Counted from the whole stretch's first letter, positions 13,701-27,067 are shown. The stretch is DNA of 63,001 nucleotides, filler included, from Collodictyon triciliatum (GCA_043381765.1; 7 parts of 7 records of this genome joined end to end with filler, not necessarily neighbours in it), one strand, 5' to 3'. Numbers and translations are program-made. Notes: generated from the letters alone by a model not told the origin.

Positions 13701-14128
13701 TCTTTTCTCCTGCACTACAAATATATTTTGGTCTGTGGATATTGATATTGAGTATCGCATCATCAATATATTTTAAACCATTCATGTCCAAAGTCCTAAA
13801 GAGGTCACAGATTTGGTCCATATCTGTCCTCTATTTTACCTTGATGACAAGTTTGTTGTTTCGATACGTGGAATTATCCTACTCTTATGAGGTTTTTCTC
13901 ATCACATTGGTAGTGTTTTTCAACGGGGCGATAGCTATTCTCTCCTTAATGAAAGCAGGGCCTGTCTTTATTGTATCTCTCCTCGAAAAAATATGCAATT
14001 TTGCTCACTCCACTATGAAAAGTTTGAGGGACTCATCGCTGGTAGAAAACACAAGGAGTAAATGGCCAGGATTCAGATATGAAAAAAGAATGAAGAGTTT
14101 TAGTGATAATACGACCCAAGGTTTCTAA
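10736..14128 (+). CDS. Surface protein: signal peptide + 7 WD40 repeats + Cys-rich (GCC2/GCC3, ephrin-receptor-like) repeats + ~8-9 TM helices
   Basis: Exon 1 10736-10778 (MTSISKSNITFLLL), GT-AG intron 10779-10874, then one 3.25-kb exon to TAA. Seven GH...SG..D.T(V/I)KIW repeats, many CxxGTYNP repeats, a CADGYTGVLCGVCEKGY module, and hydrophobic segments with GY..KCFYWE..M..KL and KPF motifs. Confidence 0.9.
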
Positions 14129-14130
14129 AA

Positions 14131-14236
14131 ATACTCACACTCACACTCACGCTCACACTCACGCTCACGCTCACACTCACACTCACACTCACACTCACAT
14201 TCACACTCACACTCACACTCACACTCATACTCACTC
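14131..14236. repeat. (ACTCAC)n hexamer microsatellite immediately after the stop codon
   Basis: Directly visible. Confidence 0.95.
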
Positions 14237-14727
14237 TAAAGTCGCCATCCACTGTCCTTTTCGCTTTTCAGCAAATGGGGATAAAACTCTGATTAGATTG
14301 AATGAGGAAATACAAGGAACTTATCCAAGAATAAAGCAAACACCCAAACCGCCAAATTTACATGATTACCATCCAAAAGCAAAGTGAAGGATACTATCAT
14401 CATTTTTAGGACAAAAATGAACTGTGGATAAGACAGTGGAAAACCCCGGATTGTGTGGTTGAAGTTTTTGTGTTTTGGGTGGAAGGAAAAAAAGGAAAAG
14501 AATAAGAAAAAGAAAAAACAAAATAGAAAGGATAGAAAGTGTTCTCACACGCAGACTATTCTACCCGAGGTGAATCAGTTCCAACGCGATTTCTGGTTGT
14601 GTTCGAGACTGAGAGAAGAGCGGATAAAGTTGTCGGGTCGATGAAAGTACGCGCATGGCAGTTACTCTCAAATCGATTCCAACGAGCCCTTTCAACCGTC
14701 TATCCCAGACAAGGTTTACATCCTATT

Positions 14728-15376
14728 TCATTCCACAGGATGAGTCTTTTGAGGGGACAACGGGTCACTTTCCTTGCGTTTCTTACTAGGCGATTCAGAC
14801 AAAAAGCGATACATCGTTGTTCGTCTGGTATTATCGAAAGTGGCGCTTGACCGTTCCCTGGTTTCGGAACCGTGCGTAGCCGGTTGTGGACTTTGCTTAA
14901 CCGGAGTATGGATATGCGTTTGTGGTTTTAGAAATATACGCTCTTGCTTGCTCGGACTGTCATTAATGTGTGAAGTTCCAAGCTTGGATTCGACTTGTGC
15001 TGTTTGCTGTTGCTCCTTGGTTCTCGGTGCGACGGGCTGGGGCAGGGTAAACGGGCTATCTTTGGTGGGCGCTGGTTCTTGTGTTGCCTTCGCTTTGGAG
15101 TATCCTTTCGGATATGTAACGAAGACTGCCTTGAGGCCTCCTATGTTAATCATATTCACATCAGTCTGAATGGGCAGTTTAAGGGAGATTTCTTTTGGGG
15201 GTTTGGAGGTGCGCTGCTCTTCGGTCTTGCGATGTGCGGGCTTGTCTAGCGTTGGTGGCGATGAAGGGCTCGAGTGCGAAGATTTTGAAGAGGAACCGAG
15301 ATTTCCTTCCATGTCATCGCCGCTGTCGCCGTATGCGCGTGTCTGCTGTGAGTCTTGCGGACTCTGTTGTTGACGA
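14728..15376 (-). CDS. Hypothetical low-complexity (S/P/K/Q-rich) protein; 5' structure uncertain
   Basis: More than 200 open codons with raised GC. The frame extends upstream of the ORF-track ATG to a CAG acceptor near 15377. No domain recognised. Confidence 0.45.
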
Positions 15377-16392
15377 CTGGATCAACACCGTGCAAAAAAA
15401 TACTCTCTCCTCAGGCAGGCTTGCAGGCGGATTCCTTGCATGGGTCTTCCTAGACTTACATGCAACTTGGGTTTTTCTGCACCAACGTTGGATAAAGTGG
15501 AACTGGCTGCGACCCGAATTGCCTTCGAGGGTCGCTTTCTATTTATTTACTCCTAGCCAGAGAGCTTAGCTTCAGCTTATATCTCCTCTCCCTCCTCTTA
15601 TCCTTCTATAGCCTTTACTATAATAATATTTTTTTTTATCCAATCAGGAATGCTGAGGGGATGCTGTGCGGCGGACAATCTTTTTGTCGGGTTTAAGTCT
15701 TCACGAGTAATCCTATCATTTTTAATAGTGCCATACTCTAATCATTCAATCTATACGGCACCAACACGACCGCAGCTCCCTTCTTCAGAAGGTTAAAGAA
15801 CAACGCACCCCAGTAAAATGCATTCAAATTCATCCGCTTTTTTTTATAATAATAATAAAAATAAAACATCACATGTATTTTGTTCTACAAAACATGAAAA
15901 TACATCAAGTTGGCTTCATTTCATTTATGGGCGCGTGAAAGATTAGTTTTATAATTAGTCTTGGGTCTATTCGGACGCATTCTTCTTACTAAATTAATTG
16001 TGATATTAAGACAGGACGTGCTCTTCGCAAATATATCGAATGCGTGGATATCAGGTATCATAAGGACGGGAAACGGCAAAATTAGTAACTGGTTTGTTAA
16101 CATTATGTTACAATAAGAATAAAATATTGAGATAGAATCATGTGATTTCTAGATAAAGAAAATGGTCTTGATGTAGCGGAATCTTGCACACAAACCAATC
16201 AGAAAATACTATAGGGAATGGAAATTACTTTGAAGAGGGCTTCTGTCTGGGTTTGCGACCGCGCGGGAAAGCCTTCACCGGTATATTCCTTGTAATAATA
16301 CTTTAATAAAGTTTTAGTAAATAAAGAGCTCTTCGGGAGAGATAATTTAGAATAATTAATACGATTAAGGATAGATTCATGGTAGAGGGAAT

Positions 16393-17839
16393 TTACTTTT
16401 GAATTGATATTGTGCCGTCTTGAACAAATATCTTTGACATTACTCTCAATTCAGCGTGGGATATTTGAAGAAAACTTGAAAACTTTGCCTCCGTCATTTT
16501 GATGTAAAACTTTGGGCTCATCTCCAAACCGAGCTGCTTCATCAGCTCGTATCGGAAAAGTAGGCGGTTTCGGTAAGAAAATCCCAGGAATGATGGAAAC
16601 GATATAATGTCTTCCGGGGCGATCTTTAATGTGTTGAGTAGAAACAAAACTCTGTGGCGCAGGCGGCCTTCGCCATCGACCTGACAGTTCAACAGAAACG
16701 GGTACTTTCTTGCCATGGCTACGGAATCCTCCCGGCTGAACCCAAGTTCTTCCAAGGCCATGATCTTGCGGCTGATGGTATCCTATGCGAGTATTTGGCA
16801 TAAGACGCAGGAAAGAGGAAAGGAAGAGCAAGAACTTTATCCCGGCAGATAGGGCAAACCAGCGAAAGTCCAACCACAGAAGGAGAGTGTGTTATCATGT
16901 GGATGACTCCTGCACGATCAATCCCATAACTCCCCAAAAAGTCCAATAACAAAGGAATCTTTGATTGCAGTGAGTAACAGATCAGCGCCGGTGCATTTCC
17001 GATGGCGACAGATATATTCCGTGAGCTCATTCCGAGGCTTTTTAGATAATCCACACGTGCCTGCAGATTGTCCAGCGACAGGCTGAGAATGGATGGTTGC
17101 GAACGAACGATATAGCTGAATGTAATCATATATATAGTCACATTATTACAGAGATATACAATGCAGAGGATTCATTCATCAAATATAAGGACTGTGTGAG
17201 TGGCATAGGCAACAGAAATAATAACTGAGGGCCCGAGAAAAAAAACATTGGTGGTCAAAGAAAACAGGTAGTTTATGTGAATGTTCTGACCCCAATCGCT
17301 TTGTAATCCCAAGCCCTCGCAAGAAGTTCAGTTTGCGTGTCAGTAAGTCTTCTGAGCAATACACTAGGTTCGGACTGAACCGATACATCTTGACCATATG
17401 GTCAGCTGTGCATCCAATAGACTCTAGAATTCGAACCTTGATAGAGATAATTCAATAAAGCATGCATTTAATTACAAATAATAGACAAACAGTAATGGAG
17501 GAGAAACAAAAAAAAAATGAGAGAAAAAGAAGAAAACAGGGGTCTCTGCTGCTGACCCCTACAGTAAAAAAAAAAAAAAAAAAAAAAGTCTAAAAACATG
17601 TCGAAGGAAACAAATACATGAAGGACAAGTTTTTCCTTGTTTGCATTTTTGTGGAGGATTGAAATGGAGGACAGCCGAGAAAACACGTCCTGGAAGAGCA
17701 GATCGGACTTTTTGCTGGGCAACAAATCCTCTGACTTGGGCTCTTGTAAAGTGTTGAGGCTCTGTGCACTAAAGTACCGGAAAGGGTGCGGCAGAAAAGT
17801 TGGGACCCGCAGAAGTCGGCCTATCGAAAAGAGTGTCAT
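16393..17839 (-). CDS. mTERF-family protein with a likely mitochondrial presequence (4 exons)
   Basis: Repeated P.(I/L)L..S....L..(K/R)(V/L).(F/Y)L..LG units (QPSILSLSLDNLQARVDYLKSLG; FPSFLGFSYRNRLLFRY). The N-terminus is Arg-rich and free of acidic residues (MTLFSIGRLLRVPTFLPHPFRYFS). Confidence 0.88.
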
Positions 17840-17949
17840 CCGATGCCTGGGCCAGACCAAAAAAACGTTAGTTTGTTATTATTATTATTAATATTAATTT
17901 TTTATTTTTTTTTAAAAAAAAAAAGCGTTTACTATTTTTACTTTTCTTT

Positions 17950-18049
17950 NNNNNNNNNNNNNNNNNNNNNNNNNNNNNNNNNNNNNNNNNNNNTTAATTA
18001 ATTAANNNNNNNNNNNNNNNNNNNNNNNNNNNNNNNNNNNNNNNNNNNN
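17950..18049. other. Artificial contig linker
   Basis: N44-TTAATTAATTAA-N44. Confidence 0.98.
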
Positions 18050-18123
18050 TGTATGTATGTATGTATGTATGTATGTATGTATGTATGTATGTATGTATGT
18101 ATGTATGTATGTATGTATGTATG

Positions 18124-18152
<29 letters not shown>
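18050..18152. repeat. (TATG)n microsatellite
   Basis: Directly visible at contig start. Confidence 0.95.
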
Positions 18153-18155
<3 letters not shown>

Positions 18156-18268
18156 GATTGAATAATTAAAAAAAGTACAGATATACAAGTTAACCAAACC
18201 AGATATATTCGCTTCTTGTCCTTTTGATAATTGAAATACCCTTTTGGGAAACCAATTATCTCATATAG

Positions 18269-20835
18269 TTTGCCATGTGCCACGGATGCAGTATTTTTTG
18301 TCATGCGGATCATGACCTCATAGACATTTGGGATAAACGTGCATTTCGGTGTGATTGTGGAAACTCCAAGAACAAGGGTCTTTTTTTTTTTTACTTTTGT
18401 ACTTTACCCAACGTATTGCATAATAATTGGATTAATTTAGCGGTGAAAACATTAGACTGTATCGACACTGCTCAAATATTATCATTATCATCTTGAAAAT
18501 ATGAAACCGTCTAAAAATGATTTTTGATGAGTTATAATAATGAAAATTCATCTGAACTCCACATTTCTCTTACTTTATTAATATGTGCTCAGGATTCTTG
18601 TGTGAACTAGAGCCAAGTAAGGATCTCACAAATGAAAGGAACAAGTACAATCACAACTTTGTTGGGAGGTGAGCAGCCCATATTCTTCAAATAGAAAACG
18701 ATGTTCTAAATGAATACGCACGAATTTAATTAAATGTTTATGAGTGGGGCTACACGTCGGTCCTGCACAAAGTTGAAAGGAAGAATAAAAAAAAAAAAAA
18801 ATGAGCGGGGCTAAACTTTTCATTCAGGTACTGTTGGTGCGATGAACCAGAAAGAGAGAACGATGATGATGACATGTTCAAATGCATCACATGCGAAGAT
18901 TGGTTCCATAAGACACATATTATGATGAATACAGAGGTGATGTATATGTACATAAATTTCTTCTGTTTGATAAATGAATGTATAGAAGTAGTTTCTTTCT
19001 ACCTCACTAGCTGAAATTATGAATGCATGTAATGATTAAGTTTTTGCTCGAATAATACAAAAAAAATTAGCAACAAACTGAATACAAAAGCCCAGTGACA
19101 CTTTTTTTTTAATTTTTCCTATTTTTATTGAAAATAATAATAATAATGAATTACCCAACAGATACCAGAAAAATTCAGTGATGAAGACGAGTATATGTGC
19201 CGTGATTGTGTGGAGAAACACCCTTTCCTCATGAAGTACCACAAGGAATTTGGTATCATAAATTTTACATCAGATAATCCAAATACTGCAGCAGTATCAA
19301 GTGCAAATGAAGGAGGTCAACCCGTGGTCGAATGTGTATCTAAAACAGTAGCAACTGAACTAGAAATGCGACATACACATGAGCCTGTAATTTACTTTGA
19401 AATAGTTCCTTATATACGCCATTATATTACATTATAGATGATTCATTACCCTTATCTTTATATTTCTTTGCATCATTATTTTATTCCACAGTTTACTCTA
19501 TTTATACTTCTTCTCAGGATGAAAATAAAGATACAGACACGCAGAGGCAACAGAAAGAACAACCAAGCAATTGTGAGGACTCAACAGCTGAAAGTGATTT
19601 GCATGAATGCAAGCTGGAGTTATTGGCTGATTTCGTAATAATGCGCACAAAATTTTTTTCCGTGACCAACAACAAACAAAAATAAAAAAATTATATAATT
19701 TGATATGACCGATTATTAATCTTCTCACTTTTCATTCGTTTGCATGCATCCATCAAATGAACTTGCCTACTCATTTTCCGCATCAAAGTAATAAATTCAT
19801 CATATTCATAATACAAAAGCAACCTGATAGAACGAAAAGAGGGACGCTGTTAAAAAAATGTGCATTCTGGAAGAAAGGATGGAGAAAATCGTTGTGTAGG
19901 TGCCCAAAATGTGTCGAAATGTTCCAGAAGATCAATCTTGCATTCCTCCTGGATGAAGTAATTTATTTTTTTAACTAGTTTATTATAATTTTCTTTTTAC
20001 GTAACTAATATTTTTGTCTCTTCGAACCTTTTTTTTTTTCTACAAAAGAATCAGTTCCTTCAAGAATTTACTTTTTTTCCAACAGAAATTCCTATTAGAT
20101 GATTTATTATAAAGTTATCTGACATCATAAAAAAATAATTCCAGAATGACTCGCCCATCGAGGTTGGCGATTCTGCGTTGGAGGATGGGTTGGATGAAAT
20201 TGAAGAGGACGACGACGCTGAGGATACCGCAGATGATACTGATGCTGGAGAGGTGTGTAATAAATTCAAGCTGAAGGCATGCGTATAACAAATTCTTAAT
20301 GTTTTGTTTAGTCTCTTGTTTTTTGTTTCTCTTGCTCCAGACATTAATGAATCCCATTCGTTCTACCAACAGAACTCGTATGGAGAGAGGTCTGGAGTCG
20401 ACGCGCGTGAAATGATCGACCGTGCTTTGACGGAACTTTTATCGTCAATGCCCACACAACAACAGCGCATGGTGATGGGCGGTGTTGAGGAAATGCGCCG
20501 ATTTCTATATGAAAAGCTTGAGGAAGTGCGCCAGGAAGGCCGGCCTGTTTCCGAGGATGTATGAAAAGACATTTTTTGTTGCATTTTTCTCTCCTTTTTT
20601 CTCTTCTCAGCCTTTTTCTTCGATTTATGCATGAGTGAATCATAAAGATTCATTTTCTCTATTCTCGGGCACTTTTGAGTGATACTCTGAAGATGTTTAT
20701 ATCATCATTTATATATACTGTGTTCATTTCTGGCGTGTTTTCTGAAATGTCTGGGCAAGTACCAATTTATTATCCTGAATATAGGACATCCGTCAAGTTT
20801 TCGAGCTTCTGAAATCAAAGAAACGCAAGATTTAG
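18269..20835 (+). CDS. UBR7: UBR7/Mlo2-like E3 ligase (UBR box + PHD), 5'-partial, multi-exon
   Basis: CHGCSIFCHADHDLIDIWDKRAFRCDCGN; NKYNHNFVGRYCWC; MFKCITCEDWFH; FWKKGWRKSLCRCPKC; ends ...VSEDDIRQVFELLKSKKRKI-TAG. Confidence 0.92.
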
Positions 20836-21284
20836 CTCCCATTCGTAGAATGCATCTATGATGGCGAATATTAGCATAGAAGAATATCGCCGCTGCATAA
20901 AATTGCGTTGATGGCACGTGTTCAACGTTCTACATGCTACATGTTTTTCTTGCGAGGAAATTAAATGGCTTGTTTATTGCGCAGTTAGATGATTGGATTT
21001 CATAGGTTTAATGGATGACTGTTTGATTCGAATTATTCAAAATAGAGTGACACCTGATGCTACATGTCAGAACTTCTTTTGTAGCAATGTGTGTTGTGTT
21101 GTTGAACTTATTTTATTTTTATTTTCAAAAAGAACAATCCCTTGCGCTGCGTGGCTAATCTTTCAATCAAACAAAAAGCAAACACGAAAGTAAAAAAAAT
21201 AAAAAAATAAGGGAGGAGGAAGGTGAACTGCAACTGTTCTACTAAATTGTCTGCTCCCCTTCTGTACCCTTTCTCTCTTTAGTC

Positions 21285-23925
21285 TTACTTGAGGTCCCAC
21301 TTACTCTTCTTGTTCGCTGATGATACTGTAAATCAAAAGAGTGGGTTAAATTATGTTGAACTTAAATGTAAATATACCCTTTTTTTTTTTTCACTAATTA
21401 AATGTATCGAAATCTCTAGTAAATATGTAATGTATTAATCATTGTTTCTATTTTTCTATTATTATTATCATTATTATTTTGAGAGATGACAAGTATGAGG
21501 CAATAAAAAAGATAACAATAAAACTCAAGAAGCATCTTACACGAAGAGAGCGAGTGGGAACTGGCTGATTTTTCTATAATAACTGCTGGGATGGATGAGA
21601 CACCCCCACCGACATGAACCGAATGAGTAGTGAATTCAATTTTCCTAGGATTTTGTCTCTGCTTCTCCATATAACTCTTATGAGTTGCAGCTAATTTGAT
21701 TATGTTTTATCATCAGTTTCAGCGATTTATAATAAGGCTATTAATATTTTCATAAAAAGTTGCGAAACCCGTACTACAGTCAATTTTGTAGCCTAAATAT
21801 ATATGATACAACTAAATTCAGGATAAGACATTACTTAGAGGAAGAAATATAGAAAAGTAGAATATGATGAGAATCGAATACCTAATTCCTTGTAGAACTC
21901 AGATGAGCGAAATCCATTTGTATCGAATAGGTGCTGTAAATTTGTTATATGGTTTGTATAACTATTATTATTTACACTACCGACCAAAAATTTTTAAAAA
22001 AGAATGGGATATACATTCAATAATTTATGTAAAGCCTCTATGTAAACAGAACAGGTTTTATTTTTCAACCTTAGACATATTCGTGCCGACTTCATTAATA
22101 CCGAAACTTTCTACCAAGCGACCATAAATAGTCGGATTACGAAATCCTTTTTGTTGTCTGGTAAGTGTTCGAAATAATTAATTATTATGTTATGTTGTGA
22201 TATCTCCCTCTGTATTTTATTATATAATTTTCTGAAAAATGGTCGCATTAAATCCCAAGATATGGGCAACGTGGATATCTCCAAATATATTTATGCATTC
22301 AGGGATAAAAAGGTTCGTATTTACCTGAGTGATTGGCAAAGGCTCTTTCCTTCTTTAATAATTTCATATAGATTGAGTAGCTTTTGCCTTGTAGAGTCCA
22401 ACTTATCCTTGTGTGTTTATGATGTTTTGATTCAGCGAGTCTTAGGGTTTTATTTATTATTTATTTATTGTTTCAACTCGGTTATTGATGTTTTTCTATA
22501 GTATATTATTTAGAGAAGAAAAGTAAAATTAAACAGGATACTTGAAACTCTGGTGTGATGTCTACTTCCACGAACGGCACTAACTCACTTAACTGCGCAC
22601 GGACTTGAGCTCGTCTATGTACGAAATGTTTAGCTTTATAACTGAAATAGACACACCACATGTCAAAAGTATTTCTCTGAGGAAAACTGCCTCGTGGGAG
22701 TGATAAAATAATAGCAATAATACGATGACTTCAATAAATGATACTTGTCTGAGACGCCCGAGTCTTGTTAAAAGTGTCGATAAAATCACGCAATTGGAGA
22801 ATTCGTTCGAAGATGTTAGTTGTTTGTGGGAAAGATAAAATTGCTTCCCTTGCTGTGTTTTTTTTAAAAAAAAAAATTATTTTTTTTGTGAAATAACATA
22901 CTATGTCCGTTCTGTTCTCCATCGGCTTGTTCAGAAGTCAGCTATGAGTTACACAAAGATAATTTATGGTTTCAGATTGACGGGAGTTTATAATACACGA
23001 ACACAACTACGCATATGCAAATATATTGCCCCACCCTTTGCTACTCTAAGGAAAGAGAGGGTTAAAAAAAGCCTCATTCAATCCAAAACGGAATATAAAA
23101 TAAACAGGATAATATCGATAGGTCATACCTTTGAAACTTCGATTTGTTCGTTGCCTCCAAGACGGTCGTTCGTGTCACTTTCAGAGTCTTCTACAACGAC
23201 CGATATCGAATTTGGATGTCAATAATGTAGAAGGACGCATGCATATAATAAGTTAATATAGCGATGAAAGCACTAATGAAATAAATAAAGAAAACAAGTC
23301 AAAAAAAAAAAGGCAAAATGTATATGTTAGACACCAAAATAAAAAGATTTAGCATCTGAATAGAAAGAGTTCAGAAATCATAGATGTGATAGAATGAGGT
23401 TCTATAAAAATTAATAAAATAAGAAACCAAGAGATTCCTCAGAGTCAGAGCCTTTCCCATCGTCCTCGGGATTATATTCTACGAGAGAGTTGTTCCTTCT
23501 CTTCAGTTTCTTCTTGGGGACTATTTTTTTTTAATCAGGTTATCTCTTGATTAAATTTTCTTACCAAGAATAAAATGTAAAGTAAAATAATTATAAAAAG
23601 GACAAAGAAAGTCAACACTATAAAACAAAAATAAGTGCGCTCACATAAATACATGGGAAATGCTATCAGGCTAAATCAAATAAACTTGGTTATGCTCCTT
23701 TTTTTCTTCTTTTTTTTTTTAATGGAAACAGAAGCGCACAGACTAAGTCAAACCATTTGAAGAGACGAGGATCTTAACCACGCCATCGGCCGCCTCATCC
23801 TCAGTTTTGGCCTGAGTCCCATTCTCGCGGTGGATTCTCTCTGCCTCTGCCTCGTGAACCTGCTCGCTGCCGTTTTCATCGTCGCTGTTGTCATACGAGA
23901 CCAAAGAGAAGAGCGGATTACTCAT
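21285..23925 (-). CDS. SAP30BP: SAP30-binding protein (HCNGP family), multi-exon
   Basis: N-terminal LFSLVSYDNSDDE; core KGFRNPTIYGRLVESFGINEVGTNMSKHLFD...SEFYKELA; C-terminal KKSKWDLK-TAA. Confidence 0.85.
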
Positions 23926-24001
23926 CGCAGAAGATCCAAACAAGCACAATGCCACAGCCTCCTGGGTAGACTCACGGTTAAGTACAGTCGATCGATTGAA
24001 C

Positions 24002-24095
24002 AAAAAGAAAGAAAAAGAAAAAGAAAAAGAAAAAGAAAAAAGAAAAAGAAAAAAGAAAAAGAAAAAAGAAAAAAGAAAAAAGAAAAAGAAAAAAG

Positions 24096-24127
<32 letters not shown>

Positions 24128-24205
24128 GAAAAGAAAAAAGAAAAGAAAAAAGGAAAGAAAAAAGAAAAAAGAAAAAGAAAAAAGAAAAAAGAAAAAAGAA
24201 AAGAA
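24002..24205. repeat. Purine-only (GAAAA/GAAAAA)n low-complexity tract
   Basis: Directly visible; intergenic. Confidence 0.9.
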
Positions 24206-24677
24206 ACTGCTGTAAAAGTGAGAAGCGTAGACAATCCCAACTGCCCCCGCGCTATTGGGTTGCACACAAGCATGGTACTCTTAATATGATCGTTGAGTCT
24301 GCGTTACCGATTCTCTCCTTTTGTTTGGCTCAAATCCAACACCGGAACAAAGCGTACTTGATGAAGTCGTAGCAGACCCAGCGCAATGGTAATTAGAAGA
24401 AGAAAAAATAGTCAACAAAAAAAGAAGAAAAAAAAAGGCTTTATTTCAGACGCAGCGAGACGCTCAGTCACTCCCGCAACCCAGTGCACTTAGCAAACGC
24501 ACAAAGAGCCACAAACGAGCAAGAGAGCATCCCAAACACGGGCAACAGACTTTCTGTAAGGCAGAGAGAAAAGACAAAGGGGAATAAAAATAAAAAGAAA
24601 AGAAATGAAAGAAAAAAAAAAGAAAAGAAAAAAGAAAAAGGGGGAAAGACAGATAGAAGAAGCATCATTATATGCGA

Positions 24678-26664
24678 TTATGAACCGAGATCTTGCTCGG
24701 CAGCATCGGGATGTGCGTTGCCTTCAGCCGCTTCGCCATTCGCATCCTGCTCGGCAGCCTTTCTGGCAGCCTTGTGCTTTCGCCGAGCCTCGCGGGTGGC
24801 TTTGTGCGTCTCCAGCACAGCTGCAGCTTCCGCCTCGAGGTTAGCCGTCTTCAGGCGCGCGATGTACTTATTCACTTCTTCGTCCATGAACGACACGCGC
24901 ATTTCTGCGCAGATCCCCCAAAACTTGCGGGCATGGTCGAGTGTCCCTACGCGACGTCGGATTTCAGCAAAGAGGAAGAGATGACTATGTGCTTTCCCAA
25001 AGGGACAAAGATATGGTGAGAGACCTTTGCGGACGACGATGGAGAAGTAGCCCGACATTGTTTTGTCATCAATCAGGTTCACACGACCAGGCTGTTGGAA
25101 GAGCGACTTGGCAGAATCCTATGGGATGCAACCCAAATACATAATTATAATGAATGAGTGATTGATGGACTGATGATTGAATAAATAAAAATAAATAAAT
25201 AATAACATTAAAAATAACAAATAATAATTTACACACCAAGATTTCTAATGCGTGCGGAATATTATAGAAGGATAAGTTGAGTTGCAAAGCTGCAAATGCA
25301 TTTGTTGTGACTGAACGAAGAGTCAGGAGAGATGCCTTCTTCTCAGAAAGTTTACTAATAAACTCTTTCCACACAGCCAGGATTTTTGTGGGTTGGTCAC
25401 CCTTCAGACCCTGGAAGAATGTGGCATATGCAAAAAGCGGGTATGTTGTCTTTTCTTTGAGTGCCCACAGCTCGTTTATGCGGTTGCTGCGAACAAGTCC
25501 AGTGAATATCGATGTGACGTTGTTGGGGAAAAGGTTCAAGCTATTGTCCACAGCCTCATGATACAGCTTGATGGCTTCATCCAGGTGATAGTTGGACGAA
25601 GACAAACATCCAATCAGTGGGGTGATGCTGTAATCATTGTGGACAAGACCCGCATTTTTCAGGTCTTCATTCAGCCTCAAAGCAAGGTCTGGTCGGTGAG
25701 CCGATGCACACGATTGGAATAGAATGGCATAAGTGCGAATATTCGGGCGTACTTCTCTCGCAAGCATATCCTGGTAGATGTCCATACTAGGTGCGAAAGA
25801 TTTCATGTTAAAGTATAGAACCAGCGACAGTTATTAAGATGATGGTTGCGATGTTTGAGGTGGTGTTTATGGCATTCTCATCTCCTTATCCAGAAATAAA
25901 AAAAATTATAAATTGTATGGTTTAATACGCACGATTCTCGCATAAGACCCGTGGCGCTGCAACTGGTAAGCACAGCATTGTAAGTTATCACATCACAGAC
26001 GCACAAGGTTCTTCTCGATGATTGGTATAGCTCCATCACTTCACGGTGCTTTTCAGCCTTTAAGTTTGCAAGAATGAGTAGCTTATAGCTGAGGCGATTT
26101 GGGTAATGACCTTCGTCTCTCATGTCCTCAAATAGTTCGTTGGAATACTTGACTCTAGTGCGGTCACATAATTCAATCAAGGATACGTTAGTTCCACTTC
26201 GAGATAGTTGAAGAATATCGTTTAAGGATGCAATGTATCAGATGCATTTATGTGATAGCACGAAATGATCATATTATTAGTATTATTATTATTTTACTGC
26301 TGTATGTCGTTTCTTTTTACTGAAAAAAATAACCAGGCTTACAGAACACCAAAATAAACCGCTTAGAATACTCACTTGCTCATCCAATTGTACATGCGAA
26401 AGATGGCGTTGTACTCTGTGCGGAGTGATGGTGTATCTGTCAGCTGTGACTTTGCAACATACAAGTGCTTCAACTGGCTGTCGGCTTCGGGCATTAGTTT
26501 TCTTATCAACATGTCTTCGGTCCCTTCGGCGTAGTTTTTGCCAGGTGTGGGATTCATCGACAGAAGATCGATTGAGCTGGCAGCATCTGCTGGCACGGAG
26601 TCCTGTTCAGTTCCAGACTTTGCCTTTGCCGCAAATGTGGTAGTGAACTCTCGGATGTGTTTGT
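24678..26664 (-). CDS. Pentatricopeptide repeat (PPR) protein, probably mitochondrial, 5'-partial
   Basis: Splicing yields 35-aa units such as YNAIFRMYNWMSKVKYSNELFEDMRDEGHYPNRLS and YNAVLTSCSATGLMRESMDIYQDMLAREVRPNIRT. Confidence 0.88.
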
Positions 26665-26873
26665 CTGCAGGCAAAGTCAGGGCACAAGAAATAAGGTTAG
26701 GGTTTCCACGGTGCATCATATAAGGAGTGCGAATGATAGAGATAAAGTTGATAATAAATCATGCTTCATGGTGTATAACTTTTTTTTCCTTCTGTTATCG
26801 ATATTATGAGGATTATTTCAGATGGGAGATGAGGTTGAGAACATATATTTTATTTTGTTATATTAAACTTTTC

Positions 26874-26967
<94 letters not shown>
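26874..26967. repeat. (ATT)n microsatellite at contig end
   Basis: Directly visible. Confidence 0.95.
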
Positions 26968-27067
26968 NNNNNNNNNNNNNNNNNNNNNNNNNNNNNNNNN
27001 NNNNNNNNNNNTTAATTAATTAANNNNNNNNNNNNNNNNNNNNNNNNNNNNNNNNNNNNNNNNNNNN
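26968..27067. other. Artificial contig linker
   Basis: N44-TTAATTAATTAA-N44. Confidence 0.98.

Noticed and set aside
23743-24372. Poly-K/R/E and poly-F ORFs (also near 30400-30650, 31200-31630, 36030-36280, 43510-43790, 53750-54060)
   Set aside because: Translations of simple-sequence repeats in introns or intergenic DNA.
26156-26230. U12-like GTATCCTT and TCCTTAAAC motifs in the PPR gene
   Set aside because: Both lie inside an ordinary GT-AG intron whose removal gives an exact 35-aa PPR unit, and they are in the wrong order for a U12 intron.
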